The position numbers and the translations under genes were made by a program. Positions 1 to 14,777 of a DNA stretch of 64,000 bases are shown here, one piece after another. The DNA is from Acanthaster planci (lineage: Eukaryota). Under the pieces are notes generated by a model. It did no database searches. It had not been told where the DNA came from and was given only the letters and a program-made list of their open reading frames with translations. Positions within the stretch are counted from its first letter, which is position 1, and every line of letters starts with the position of its first letter. The stretch spans positions 562,671-626,670 of the forward strand of contig NW_019091357.1 of NCBI RefSeq assembly GCF_001949145.1. Direction: 5' to 3'.

Positions 1-141
1 TGGGCATTCACACATGCTGAAATTGTGAGCCCAATGTATGTGTCTCTCAGTTGGTAAGCAGAGCGAGGAAACAAATAGGCTTGCAAGTTGTCAGTACGAA
101 GTTCAAGAATAAAAACAGAGGCAGCTGGGCAGCCTTCTCAC

Positions 142-2553
142 CTTGACCATCATGATGACCAGGAAGAGGACCAGAGCAATGAGCACAAACCACTGGTTGT
201 CAAGGTCAAACTTGCTGACTGGCAGACGCTCCTTCCAGTGCATGAACTCCTGGTTGTATGGGAACTTGCCCTGTAATGATGAGGTCTAATCTTATCAACT
301 TCAATTCTTTGCTGAATAATACAAACAAATTCACACAAGTATTTTTCAAACCCAATGTTCAAGCTATGTTTCCTTTCTACAACTAGTTCCTTCCACATTT
401 TACTGACCCAAGTGATTTCCTTAAGTACTGGATTATATTTTTATATCTTGCACAATACTAGTACACAAAGCCTATGACACTGACCTGAAAAATTCATGTT
501 TTTCAAATAAATGCTTCAATATGTTCCCTGCTAAATTTGTCTTTTTAGGGGAACTATCTCTTTGTGATGAATAACATGTCACTGCAGGGCAAATCAGTGA
601 TGTCAACAACTGGAATTCTTCCACCACATACTCATGGATCTTGGCTGTTGGGGTTTGTACCGTACTTACACTGTCCTCGTAGTCATAGTCAGGATAGTAG
701 GACATTAAGCCAATTGCTGTCAAGCAAGTAATGAAGAAATCAAACAGCTGCAGGCAGAAGAAGGGCAGCAGGTAGCTGGACTGGTACTGTTGAAGGGACA
801 GGGCAAAAAAACAATCACTTATGGCATTTCATACTGCACCTGTTCAAGAATCAAGAACATACTGCACCTTAGATAATTTAAAACCAGCAATACAAGGTGA
901 AGGAAAGTAAGCATGAAAATGAAAATATCACTCATAGTTATAATTGACTAAAACATCTCCAATTATTTCCAACCATGACTCTCGGCATCCTGAGACACTT
1001 AATGCCCCTCCTTTCCAAGATTTTGTTTCAATTGCAAGCCGGCTATTAGCCGAATATACTAATGACTGCAACAAACTTTGAAATATAACTTGAATCAAAT
1101 TACTGCAAAGACTAACGAGGGATACAATCCTCCTTTTGATGGAACCTACCTGAGCTACTCCCTTGATCATCATACTGGTAATGAGGAAATAGCAAAACAC
1201 GATGACCAGCCCAACACAGTAGTCAGCTGCAGAAGTCAGATCAAACATTAAGACTCCATAACTCTCACCTTCACAAATCCTCTAGAATAATCCATGAATA
1301 AGAGGCAGATTTGGAGGAATCTAGAGGCTGCATAACAAACATGTGACTGGTTTCAAACGGTGCACAGTATCAAGGTCTTGGGCAAAACCATGTGTCGTCC
1401 ACACACACTCATGAGTAAATATAGACCCAGAATATATTAGAAAGCATCCATACTGCTCCAGATTATCATCCGCATTGCCTCAACACACCAACACGCATGG
1501 CCAAAGAATTTTGAAGGACTGAAGCAGTGGTCATCGCTCTAAGCAACACATGCAAAAACTGAAGCCGTATCCAATTTTTTTTACAAGGAAGCATTGGGAA
1601 GAATTTGAAACAATTCAAGCACAGAGTTATCAAGCCAACCCAGCATGCCCAGTAAGACTTACAAGTATCATGCTGGTTCTCGATGGAGAAGACAGACCCG
1701 CCATCTCCACTAGAAGTCTTGTCATCATTACCCTTCAGGATCATGGTGGCAATCAGAATCATGGCACATACTTGACCAACCTGCCAGATTCAATTTAAAA
1801 ATTGAAAAAAAAAATCTCAAAACTTTTCTTTGCTTTGCAAACCAATGACCAAACTTATAATCAAGATGTTTCTTATGATATCCTCTCCAAAATCACGTCA
1901 AAAAGAAAAAAAAGACCAAGTTGAAATTAAAAATTTATGAACTTCCCTATACATGCTACAAGCCTTATCGCATTGTGGGAAGGAAAACGGGGCAATGTTT
2001 GCTCCTTTTTCCTTCCCACAATGCCTTTCTACCATTGTGTAAAATCACCCATGCAGTATTTGCAATAAGGCTTATAAAATGGGGCACAAACATGACAAAT
2101 GTGTTTAGACGTCAAGGACAGAGTAGCGTACACTAGTGCATGATTTGGACTTCTACGAGTAGGCTAAACGTTAAACGGCAACTTTGAAATTCTCCTAGTC
2201 TAGCACATTTGCAGACAAACGTGAAGATTTACAGACATGACAGGCATTAATCATGTGTTAATAAAGTTCAGGGAAAAATGTGGTATCCTGACTCCACTTT
2301 TATCATCATCAGTCATTACAGAAATGCTAGAAAGACACGAATTCTGGACTGAGAAACATTTACCGATGTTGTTGGGAAATATTCAAAAAATTCTCTTCAC
2401 TCCCCATAGACTTTGTACACAACTGCTGAAGTGGAGTTAGGATGCAACATTTTTTCCAAAGTTCCTTACCATGTGCCATAACGCAATCAAAATGGACCCT
2501 GTCCGAACATGAAGACAGAAACAGCAGGTTGGATAGCCCCGCTGATTGCCCAT
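142..2553 (-). CDS. LAPTM4: Lysosomal-associated transmembrane protein 4 family (5 exons in window; 3' end beyond left edge)
   Basis: Phase-consistent GT-AG exons 2470-2553, 1663-1780, 1150-1226, 670-786 and 142-270. They encode MGNQRGYPTCCFCLHVRTGSILIALWHM..., DYCVGLVIVFCYFLITSMMIKG, YLLPFFCLQLFDFFIT and KFPY...WFVLIALVLFLVIMMVK. These match the LAPTM4 motifs CCxCxHVRTGT and IPFFCYQIFDF. The 670 donor is the least certain boundary. Confidence 0.88.
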
Positions 2554-5100
2554 TTTGCCTCTTTCCGATGATCAAATCCTGCCACTACAAATTTGCGTGT
2601 GTAACTCAAGTCACAATGTGACTTTATATGCTTATAAAAAATAAAAACAGACCAAAAAATCAGCCAAATACTGGCTTTGAAACTATCAATTCGGCTACGG
2701 AAACCCCCAAACCCGCTCTCGATAGGAAAACGTCTGTTCGTGACGTAATGCGTCCCAGAATAACATGATAACCATCCGCGTGACTTGAAACCTTCGAGAA
2801 TGTTTCCCTGAAAGTGGCCAAAATGCAGCATAACGTGACATTTTAAGTGAAATAAAACTGTTAACGCTTTCATTAAACCCTATTCCAATAAAATAGAAAT
2901 AAACATTTGATAATTAAGAACTACTTTGTTTTTCATCATGTGACCATTTATGCGTGATTCGTCGGGCGCCATATTGGGCAAATATTTTTGTTGACAAAAG
3001 ATTCTATTCTCTTGAGGGCGCTATTCTGAGTTGCTAAGAGGAGAAATTTTATTAGATTCCAACGGACCACAAATGTTCCCCTTTCCCTACGGCAGTCGGC
3101 CCCTCTTCTTATTCAGACACCGTCAAGGGCTCTCTCAAGAGATGTTACAAAATTGCAAAACAGAACTGTTGAGGCGAAATAAAGATAGAATATGACAAAC
3201 AAAATCATTCAAAATTAACAAATCAAGATTTTATTGCAAACTTGTTTATGTACTTCGTCATCCAAACAAAAAAGGAAGGCTTCCTAACTGTTCGGTAATA
3301 ATACAGTTATAATTTGATAAATTAACCACACAGCACAGAAACAAACTAGGTGTAAGTGTGAACACAAATTTTGAACTAACACTTTACATCCTACAGTCTT
3401 AGTTTTTACAACAAAATATGATCTTACAATAAACAAAGCTACTGTTCATTCCATATGAATAAGCATATCTATTTTGTGCATTTTGCAAATATAAAATATG
3501 AGAAAATTCTACAAAACAGAGCAGAGGGATAATAATGCTTGGAATAATGCCAGAAATGATGGCAGTCTCACACGTTTTATAGACAGTCATCAAGTTCCCC
3601 TGTCAGGAAACCAAAGATTCTAAAAGTTGCAATTATGAATCAGAGGCCAGATTCGAACATGTTGGTTTAATGTAACACAGCATGTCACTCATGTCTAGTC
3701 CGATTTCAGGCATCCACCTTGGTAGACAAGATTCTTTTCTAAACCAAGGAATGGTGTATAACAAAACATTGAAGTAAATGTGCGTCATTGTCAGGGGTAC
3801 AAGTTCATTCAAATGTCCTGGGAAGACAACAGGTTTTCTGTAATTGACACAGTGGGACCTTACTAACCTTCAAATTACTATTAAATTGATGTTTATTTTC
3901 ACCAAGAGAAAAAAAATACAAAACCATTGTCAAGGAGTGAAAACATTGCTTTCACAACATGAAGTTTACTTTCTTCAGCTATAGAACATAATTCATACCA
4001 AAATGGCGATAGCTTTGGAAAGTACACGTTATATTTTCACACAAGTATTTTGAAAGCTCCAATCTAGCTTTGTTTGTAAAGGAAATTACTTGACTGTGCA
4101 ATTCAGGACCTTTTTTCAATACTGCAATTTTCTCATTCTGATCATTTGCAAATTCTAATTTGTACATAAAGATTCAGTGTTCTTTTCTTATTAATTACAA
4201 TACTGTATATTCACAGATTTCTGGACTCTGATTACTACTTTTATCTCCAGCATTCATTTTCATAATGCATGTACATGTGCATGTATAGTCCATAAGATAC
4301 ATGTAAACGTTGCAACCACTCAGTTCTACATGTACCTTACATGTAATTCTGTGGCCAACTCATTACCAAATACATCATAGCCAAAAGACCACTGCTTTTT
4401 TTTCAATTTTCCCCCATAACTTCAAGATCTAAATACACATTTTTACGTATTCATATTTCACCTGTCCACATCTTCCTGAGAGCTTATTACAAACACAACG
4501 TGACCTCACAAAATAAAACTTCTGAGTTAACAATATTCAGATTGCAAAAGATTTCAACTGACAATTGAGAAAACAATCATATCTATGCATCTTTTAAAAT
4601 TCAAAACACATTTAACTCAGTTGCAAATACACTTTCAAGAAAGCAACTGCTAAACTCACTCTGTTCTAGAAATGTTTAAAAAGTTGTTGCCAAATTGTTT
4701 CCAAACTGTGACAGTTGGAAAGGGTGGCATCATAGTCATTTGTCTAACACTGTCAATAAAGCTCATATCCAACATTACTTTTTGAATAAACTTAATTGAA
4801 CTTACTCACCCCAAAGCAGTTTGGGTCACGAGAAGGATAAAAAATGTTGGGCTCTCTGAATTTCTGCAGTTTCACTTGGAGCACAACCTACCAACAGTAA
4901 GACTCATCTCCAAACAAGGAACAATTCCGCACCTTGCAGGAGGCTTGACTTTAAACAGGCAACTGTCTAGATGTTAGCAGGCAACTTTCTAGATACTAGC
5001 AAGCTGATTATTCTAATCTCAGCTTTTCTGTATTGGAAAATATGTATTTTGCTAACACCTGTACAAGAGGGTACATGTACATATACACAGGGGAGTCATG

Positions 5101-6617
<1,517 letters not shown>

Positions 6618-6865
6618 TTCACTTTCACTTTTGAACCAGGTTCAACTAATTTTTTCCAATTGGAGAATAAGCAGCCGTTCCTGTAATAACAGCCACTATA
6701 AACAAGAAGGTAACAAGAACAAATCTCATATAACATGTGTCAATAGAGCATTTCATGCTGAAGAACAGCAGCCTACCATGCCCGCCCAGGCCTACTCCTT
6801 AGTAAACAACGTACATGTAGGCTCTACGTCATGTACATGCATGTGCACTTATCGTACGGAAGTTG

Positions 6866-7003
6866 GTCACTTCCCCCCGTTTACATTTCGCCTCATGTCA
6901 CTTTGCCCCTAAACCACTTCGCCCCACTGCCACCTCACCCATGCCCACTTCGTCCCGTCCCCACATCGCCCCGCTGCCACTTTGTCCTATTTCCACTTCG
7001 CCC
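6866..7003. repeat. Degenerate tandem array of CCACTTCGCCCC-like motifs (~8 copies, ~16-18 bp period)
   Basis: cacttcccccg, catttcgcctc, cactttgcccc, ccacttcgcccc, ccacctcaccc, ccacttcgtccc, ccacatcgcccc, ccactttgtcct and ccacttcgcccc occur in succession. Confidence 0.75.
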
Positions 7004-7577
7004 CAGCCGTGATTGAAAGTGTTTGGAAACTCTGGCACAAACAAGGCGCCTTTCTTATGGCGTGGATTTGACAGCACATGACAATGGATTTGATAATAAA
7101 ATTGGAATAATGAAAGAAACGATATTATTTCTTTAAATATTCACTAAAGTCTCTCTTACAGTATTCTATGGACCATTCACATATCTTCTCTTCCATTTTA
7201 ATCCTTTCGTTTGAGCAACTAGGCCTACTTCTGTGAATCTGTTTGCAAACAAACTTGACATTTAAAAATAGAGCTAAAAAAATGCACGTCTCTCCTTTTC
7301 AATCGCCTTTAGCAATTATATTCACTGACAAAGTCAAGAACCAAAGCAAATCTAAAGTTTTGATAATCGTATTGTGGTGAAACTAGGCACGTGCAGTTAC
7401 AATTTTAACAAAACTTCATTCCTTATGGCGCCGAGGTGTTCACTGGATTTATTGCCTGGCCGCGTGATGTGATACATCGTTTTAACCCACAATGCATGGG
7501 CTTGACGCCTACTAAGGATGATCATGCTTATTATCACATTTTCCTTGGCCCCTTACTTTGAATTTGAACCTTCAGTT

Positions 7578-8042
7578 TGGAAAAAATTCCATACTTACGC
7601 ACCATGTCTCTGACACTATTGTGCACATGTTTTGCTTCTTATTGTAGCAATCATGGCGGCCTCAATTTTATCAATATCATGTAAATTATGTCATAAAGTA
7701 TACCCCAATTCATCTAAACCTACATGTACATGTACGGCGTGCTCAACTTCCAAACACACCTCAAATGATTTGTAGGGCAAAATTCCTTACTCATGTGCCA
7801 CCTTCCCCGAGCTATTCTGCAATTTTTTAAGCACTATTTACGAAACGCTTGCCTACAAATCATTTAAGGTGTGTTTGGAAGTTGACCGTGCCGTGGGTTT
7901 TGATGAATTGGGGAAAATTTTATGCGCTACACTTCACACGAAATTGATGAAGTAGAGGCCGCCATGATTGTTTCTATGAGAAGCAAAACGTGCACAATTA
8001 CTAGTGTTGGAAAAGTGGCGCATGAGTTTAGAATTTTTTCCA
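7578..8042. mobile_element. Long foldback element / MITE with ~200-bp imperfect inverted arms in OSER1 intron 1
   Basis: Pairs include tggaaaaaattc/gaattttttcca, gtgcac...ttttgcttct/agaagcaaaacgtgcac, aatcatggcggcctc/gaggccgccatgatt, ccccaattcatc/gatgaattgggg and tcaacttccaaacacacctcaaatgatttgtagg/cctacaaatcatttaaggtgtgtttggaagttga. Confidence 0.85.
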
Positions 8043-8439
8043 TTTGTAGGTAAGCGTGTGATGCCATTCATAGGCATATTTTTGGGGGATCGTATTTAGC
8101 TGTTTTTTTTGGTTAGCAATGACAATCAGATAGAGTTTGAGCTGGTAACTTTTAGTTATTTAGCAATGCTTTTTCCCGCTTAAGCAAATTCTGTGCTTAA
8201 TTAAGCAGCGCTAAGAAATTGGCCCATGATCATGACATGCACAAGTGTGTAGTTAGTAAATCACTCAGAAAGAACGCATAATGCTGACCTAGGGTGACAT
8301 GGTTTTCCCGCACTCTCAATTTAAAGATTAAAAAAATCCTATCGTCAAAGATCCAAACAACAAACTAGTCTAAATCAACATAAGGTACACCCGACACTAG
8401 AAGTGTTATCGTCATAAAAATTCAATAACTTACCTTTTT

Positions 8440-9150
8440 TATTGAAATAATTCTACTCAAACATTGCTGTGTTTACCACACAACACACGTTGCGTGACGC
8501 CATTATTGTAGTAAACATAAGTGCGCAGTCGCGCCGCGTTACACAATGACGTACCTGTTTTGGTTGACTCATTTAGTCTAGCTACCCTTCCAAGATGGTC
8601 TGTAAACAAAGCGAACTTTTGAAGGGAAACATACTAATCAATTATGTAAATTTATTCTTCTATGCCATATATGGCATTCGTTATGATTATACGGAATGAT
8701 GTAATGGAAAGACAGAATGATTCATCATTTATTTATTGCTGTTTTTACTGGCCGCCATTTAATATCGATTTTGAAACAATGTTCATTATAAATTTAGTAT
8801 CAAGAAGTTTGATTTGGCTTTCATTTTTAAGAAGGTATAATTAAATGTTTTACATAACAGTTGATTTCCTTTCACGGTTTATATAAAAAATTCATTTTCA
8901 AAAAATCAATTGAAAACAATTCGAAAAATATACTGTGAAATAAATCATAAGATGGTTTGGTTTATTCACGCGCACCACACCAGTTTCCATATTAGGCGTT
9001 AATTGCGTCTTGAGCCAAAATTTGTGCAGAGGGTTTACTATCATCGAATTTAATTTTACTGTGCTCCTTCCTCCATGGTTTGAAGCACCGTTTCATTTAC
9101 TAATAACCCCGTGATGTTGATGAAAGAACTGTAACCGCGGACACCCCTAT
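8440..9150. promoter_or_regulatory. Divergent promoter region between OSER1 and FBXO25/32 with clustered forkhead (FOXO) sites
   Basis: TGTTTAC at 8470-8476, GTAAACA at 8511-8517 and GTAAACAA (perfect DAF-16 binding element) at 8602-8609. CRE-like TGACG near 8495 and 8547, YY1-like GCCGCCATT at 8751, locally CpG-rich. Confidence 0.6.
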
Positions 9151-9326
9151 TGGGAAAATGATTCATTCCAGCACGTGATCACAACAAAAACCATCTGCGC
9201 CAGAGCTTGGCACATCATAAACAACGACCACGCTTTGCATTGCGGAAGTCCTTGTCTTGCCTCTGCATGGTACATGTTTTTTGATGAAATATTTCAACCA
9301 GACTTGAACACTGGAAGCCAGAAATC

Positions 9327-12300
9327 ATGCCTTATTATAGTTTTGACGGTCAGTCCTCTGGAAATGAGTGGGTAAAGACAGCATCAGGCTGGAAAAAACT
9401 GATTGCGCTACGAGAAAATCTACACAGACACATCAAGAGGATTGCTCGCGAAAGGTTAGTGAAAAAAGTCTAGCTAGAAAAATAGTAGAACTGGACTTGA
9501 ACAGCACAGCCGTAGTATCCGTAGAGAAAGAGGAGAAATGCACTCACCAAAAGCTCATGTTTAAACATTTAGTATTACGTCATGTACGTGGGCAATCTTT
9601 TTAAAGGTTGGTCACTATAAATATGTTTGGAAAAAATTCAAGAAAAAGAAATATTTCCGATTTTGATTAAATAAAAATAGAAAAGATATCCTTCAAGCTC
9701 TTTGTATTGATCCATGAAATACGTTAACCAGGAAGAGACAACATATTAAAGCATTTGATTGAACTTGGATGTATGCCAGGCATGCCAAGATCAGTTGCCC
9801 AGCAGAGTACAAGAAGTGAAAAAATGACGTCAGTTTCAGATTCTGTGTAAATAATACTGATTGCAAAACAATCATATAACTGTTGTGTTTTTATTCACAT
9901 TGACTGGTTTCAATCTCAGTGCAGGTTAAGTTTTGCTCCAGGAAAGATGAAAAATACATGCATCCTGTATGGCTCTTGCCACCTGCTTTGTTTGCTTTTC
10001 ACCTGTTGATTTTGGTATCTTTATTTGGTTTCACCGAAACTTTATATACATTTATGCATTTTGGATATTCATTCAAGCTGACACAAAGAGTTAACAACAT
10101 AAAGACATCTTGGAAACTGAATTTTGGCTAAAATATGTACATGTAAGGTCGGCATAAATTGGTTTGAATTATGTTTTATCCAGTTAACACACTAAACAGG
10201 TAAACGAATGTAGAGTTAACCCTGTGGTCAAAACCATAGACGAAACATTGTTGAAAAGCTGCACTGCACTGCATCTGTTTTAAGAGTCCGTTGGCAAAAG
10301 AGAAGTTGATCGATTGACCAACATTAGCTCCGTGCATACAGTACGTCGGACTGTCACTTAACCATGCATGTTCATTACAGCAAAGAATAGGCTTTTAGGC
10401 AAAATATTCAATATTGATTGCCTTTGACTGCCATTCAGATGAGTTCTGAAAAGAAATGTACAGAAATACATGAATTACCTAGAATTTTTTTGACATATGT
10501 TAACATTTGGCTTTGGAGAAGAAGAGACTAGTACAAGTTAAATTTATTGTGAGCTGCCACTAGTTAATTCCCAAGGTGTCATGAATGACTGAAGGACATA
10601 TATTCCTCCCTTTAGTCGTGGGTTTACAGTGGAAGGTTTCAGCCATGTATCCAGGACCACCTGCATGCGTTTGTTATAGGAGAGCAAACAACCACCTCCA
10701 GTGGCACACGCTCGATACCATATTTGGTCATTCCCTAGCAGCCATTGACTGCTATACACCTATCAAGGGCACCTGTTGTGTTGATTCATAGCCCACAGAT
10801 CAACCTGCATTATGATTACACAATAGCTGTCGGGACACTCTGGCTCCACGGTCTCAGATCGTATTTTACAGTTTTCATGTCTAATTTATCAAGGCAAAAA
10901 TATCTGCAAAGCTATAGATTTGAAGATTATATTTAAGACTCCACTGTATGTGTACATTTACCAATACTAGCTAGGTGAAGTTACAATGATGATAAAATTT
11001 TGCGAACACAGAACAAATATGATTATAAAATGGGTACATGTTTGGATGGTTATAAAGCATGGAATATACATCGTATAGTCAACTTGTCATAAACAAGGCT
11101 ATATAGAAATACTGCTAGCAACAAAGATTTCAATGAAGGGAGATATTAGTTTCTGTGGAAAAATATTTTGGTAATTCTGGCTCAGAATCTGTAATTTTGT
11201 TCAACATTTTTCCTGAGTGGAAAATGCTTCTGAGAATGCAAGAAGAGAATGGGCAGGTTGTTACCCCAAAAAATTATGGAGGATTCCTCCATGCCCAAAT
11301 ATGGAGTTTTTGTAAGTTGGGTGGGGGTAAACCTCAACTCAGTGATGTCATTGTTTTATAAATAGACTTCCACCTTTGTCACCACAGTGCCCAAGGACAC
11401 AAGTCTCTGTAGTCCCATCCAGGGTATTTCAATAGGAAAGAAGATGACTGGCTATTGAAATATGCAAATGAGCCTGATAGGGTTGGCCATGTATGGTGTT
11501 AAGATGACCATATATAGACACATGTACTAGGGTATGAGTTTGAGCGGTATATAGCAGCCTCTGCATACCAGGGATTTGTTAATTTCTTTGCATGGTGACC
11601 TTGTGAATAGTAAATGAGTTCTTCAGTTGAATCGTCATTTTTTTGCCATTTTGATATTTGTCAAATGTTTTTCAGTCATACAGGTTTATGAATCAAATCT
11701 TGATTTGATCTATTGTGACATGACTTAAGTACACAGATACAGCTTAAAATTATACATAAAACTGTTACAGTTTTTGAAAGGTTGTGTTAATAAAATTAAC
11801 AACAAAAGTACAAAGTTTTAAATTATATCCCTATCTGTTGCTGATATATTTTTTTTATTTCTGGGAACCTATACATCCTATCCACTTCACTTTCAGGTTT
11901 TTTTTACCAGGAGTTTTGATATATAGGCTTAGACTGACTGTCAGATTGCTGCAGCTTGGTTCTTATCAATAAATCTCTCCTTTCACTTTCATCTCCAGAT
12001 TCCAGAATTCCTGCAAGGACTTGTCCTCTGGTGAGGGGACCAGCTCTGGCACTGGTCTTCATCAGGGTGGCTCAGCTGGTATTGACGTCACTGTGGCACA
12101 GAGCCAGAACTGTGATGCAGTTGAAAATCACTCAGAGAAAGCAATCAACCAGGCGCTGCGACAGAAATATGAAGATATTGGTGAGTGTAGCAGAGAACTG
12201 AGCTGCAAACAGCAAGCATGGCTACAGTGATATAAGCTACAATTAATTGGTTTGATAATGAGAGAGAGCTTTATAATTAGCTCCATGATGTTGTGATACA

Positions 12301-14777
12301 TCAAATAAGCCAACCTTGCACCTACTGTGGTTTTCTTTTTTTTGCAGGGGGGGGGGTTGCAATAAATAATTCAGTTACATATATTATAAAATTCTCTATT
12401 CTTTACAGACAAGCCACAAACATCATTTGTGCTGATTGCCCGAAATGCTAGGGTAAGGCTTTTCATTCTATTTTATTAGAAGTGTGGATTTTTTATTTCC
12501 AATTTTATTTTTCTTTCATCAATTTGGAGTCTGAGAGAATCTGAGAATTTTTTCTCAAGTCTGAGAAAAACACTGGCAGGCTTCAATTTACTGAAATATT
12601 CTGTTTAAACCTTTTTAATCACTTAACTCTCATTCAGAAATTCAATAGTTTCAGATTCATTGAGAACACTCCTGTAAAAAACTCAAGCATGGGCATCTTT
12701 GATCTAACTTGGTGTTAAGTCTCAATTTCTCATTTCCTTTAGGCAAGAGGCAACTACTCTACTCTTGGTGAGATCATTAACAAGTTGGATTTTGTCAGTG
12801 CCGTCGAAGATCACAGAAGGTTCAACTATGTCTGCAAAGTGAGTAACTAACAACACTGTCACTTTTACATTTCAATCAGGCTTTGTGTCAGACATTACTT
12901 GGTTTACATCCGTTGACTGCAGTTACTGTTATTGCCATGGTAACCATGGCACACATACAAGAAAAATAATTCATTCCCATTTGTAATTCCCTCAAACGAA
13001 ACGCAAGGCAACAAAGCACATCAATAGAAACTGAATGGATATAATAACTTGATATTAGACTTGGAACTTACTGTTTCTAACTATTCTTAGGTTCCTGAAT
13101 CTAAGAACTGAAATACATTGTCCTTGATTATCCTCAGGTTCTGGAACTGATTGTCACCACACGATTCACCTCACTGAGTGGCCTAGCACAGCAGAATCTC
13201 TTCTACATTATTGAGGAAGCTCTTCATGTCGGTATGCATCTTTCTATTGGACATTTCCCCAAGTTTTCGAAAGGAATTTCGTTCAAAGGTCGATCAGAGG
13301 TTACCTGCAGGGTGAACCCGGTGCAATGCTATTTTTTCCTCTGAACCTAATATGATCCAAAGTTCCTTATACTTTCTCAATGTAGTTAACAAGAAGCAGC
13401 ACAACCCTGGACAGTTGAGACGAATCCTCTGCGGTGCAATAGTTGCCATGAATGAGAATCGCTCCACTCACATCGGTTGCCAGGCAACCTGGAAGAAACG
13501 CATGGGCATGCTGCAGTCTTGGCTGGACAAACTGAACAGCATCCAACTTACGGAAGTAAGAACCAAGCTCCATTATATTGTTGAAATGAACTAAGTTTGA
13601 AAATAATAAACATCCATGGGGGGAGGGGACTGGCTGGGGAGGGGAGGGGGTTTGGGCTGGGGGAGGGGATCATTGGCTGGAAGAGGGCACACAGTGATTG
13701 GGTGTTTGAGCTTTACATCCCCACGTGTATCATTTTCTACAAGGACAATAAGGAACATTGATTCTAAAATGCTGCTGTCTAGGTTTGTGACATAAAACGC
13801 TACACTGTAAAACAGCATTGACTAAGAAGTCTTAACATCCCACAGTTCAGTACACATGACAACATCAGATTGTCGGCCACCGTGACTGGGCTCAAGAGGC
13901 CAGTCTGCATGTAATAGTTGGCTCCATGTAATTAGTCACGATTCAAAACATTTGGTAATTCATTTTAATTTGCTTGATAGAGAGAAGAGGATGGAAAGAT
14001 GATGTTGATGGAACTCCCAGATGAAGTCCTTGGCAGGATCTTGGAACACCTCAGCGATGCTAGAGATATCATCAACACAGACAGGACTTGCTCTCATCTA
14101 CACCTGCTAGCCACCCACAACCTCCTCTGGAGAAATCTCTGCATCTTCCACTTCACCGAGCATCAGGTAACATTCATTAAAAGCGAATGCTTACCGCAGA
14201 TTCCACTAGAGAGCAATGCAGGCATGTGACCATGGCAACCAACATTGATGGCAGCCATTTTAGTGGAAGCGTTTTCAGTAATGTGCTGAAGTATTTTGTT
14301 TACATCAAGACTGAGTCTGGTGGTTGTTTAAAAATATGTCAACAGATAACCAAGTTGTGTCCGCTGGATGATATTGAAGTGGACTGGAAAGGAGTCTACC
14401 GAAAGCTGCACAAGAGGCATCCACTCAAGGAGGTGTATACAGACATGCTGCAAATCTGTGGCTTCTGCAACTGTCTTTTCTGGATGGTATGAAGACACCT
14501 GTTGGCATTTAAAACATAAGAAAGAGCACTTCTTTTTAATGAAGCTCAAAACAATCCATGGAGATTTTTTACCATGTTTTTTCTCCTATATTGTCTCCTT
14601 TTTGTTCAGAATGGTGGACATCCTTGCACGAGGGAACTCTTGCCTGCAGGAGATACCAGCCTTAAGGAGAGGCCAGAGCTAGCTATCAACTTTAGTCTCA
14701 GCCCGCAGCAGTTCCTGAATCTCTTCCTGTCTCCTCAACCAGTCTCATTCTCAGCTCTCATTAGTCAATACACTTGA
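9327..14777 (+). CDS. FBXO32: F-box only protein 25/32 (atrogin-1/MAFbx family), ~402 aa, 9 exons
   Basis: Phase-consistent exons 9327-9454, 11999-12180, 12409-12452, 12743-12838, 13138-13231, 13386-13555, 13981-14166, 14346-14486 and 14610-14777. Motifs: WVKTASGWKK, YSTLGEIINKLDFVSAVEDHRRFNYVCK, TSLSGLAQQNL, F-box LMELPDEVLGRILEHLSD, LWRNLCIFHFTEHQ, CGFCNCLFW..GHPC and LSPQQFLNLF. Co-orthologous to FBXO25 and FBXO32. Confidence 0.93.
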
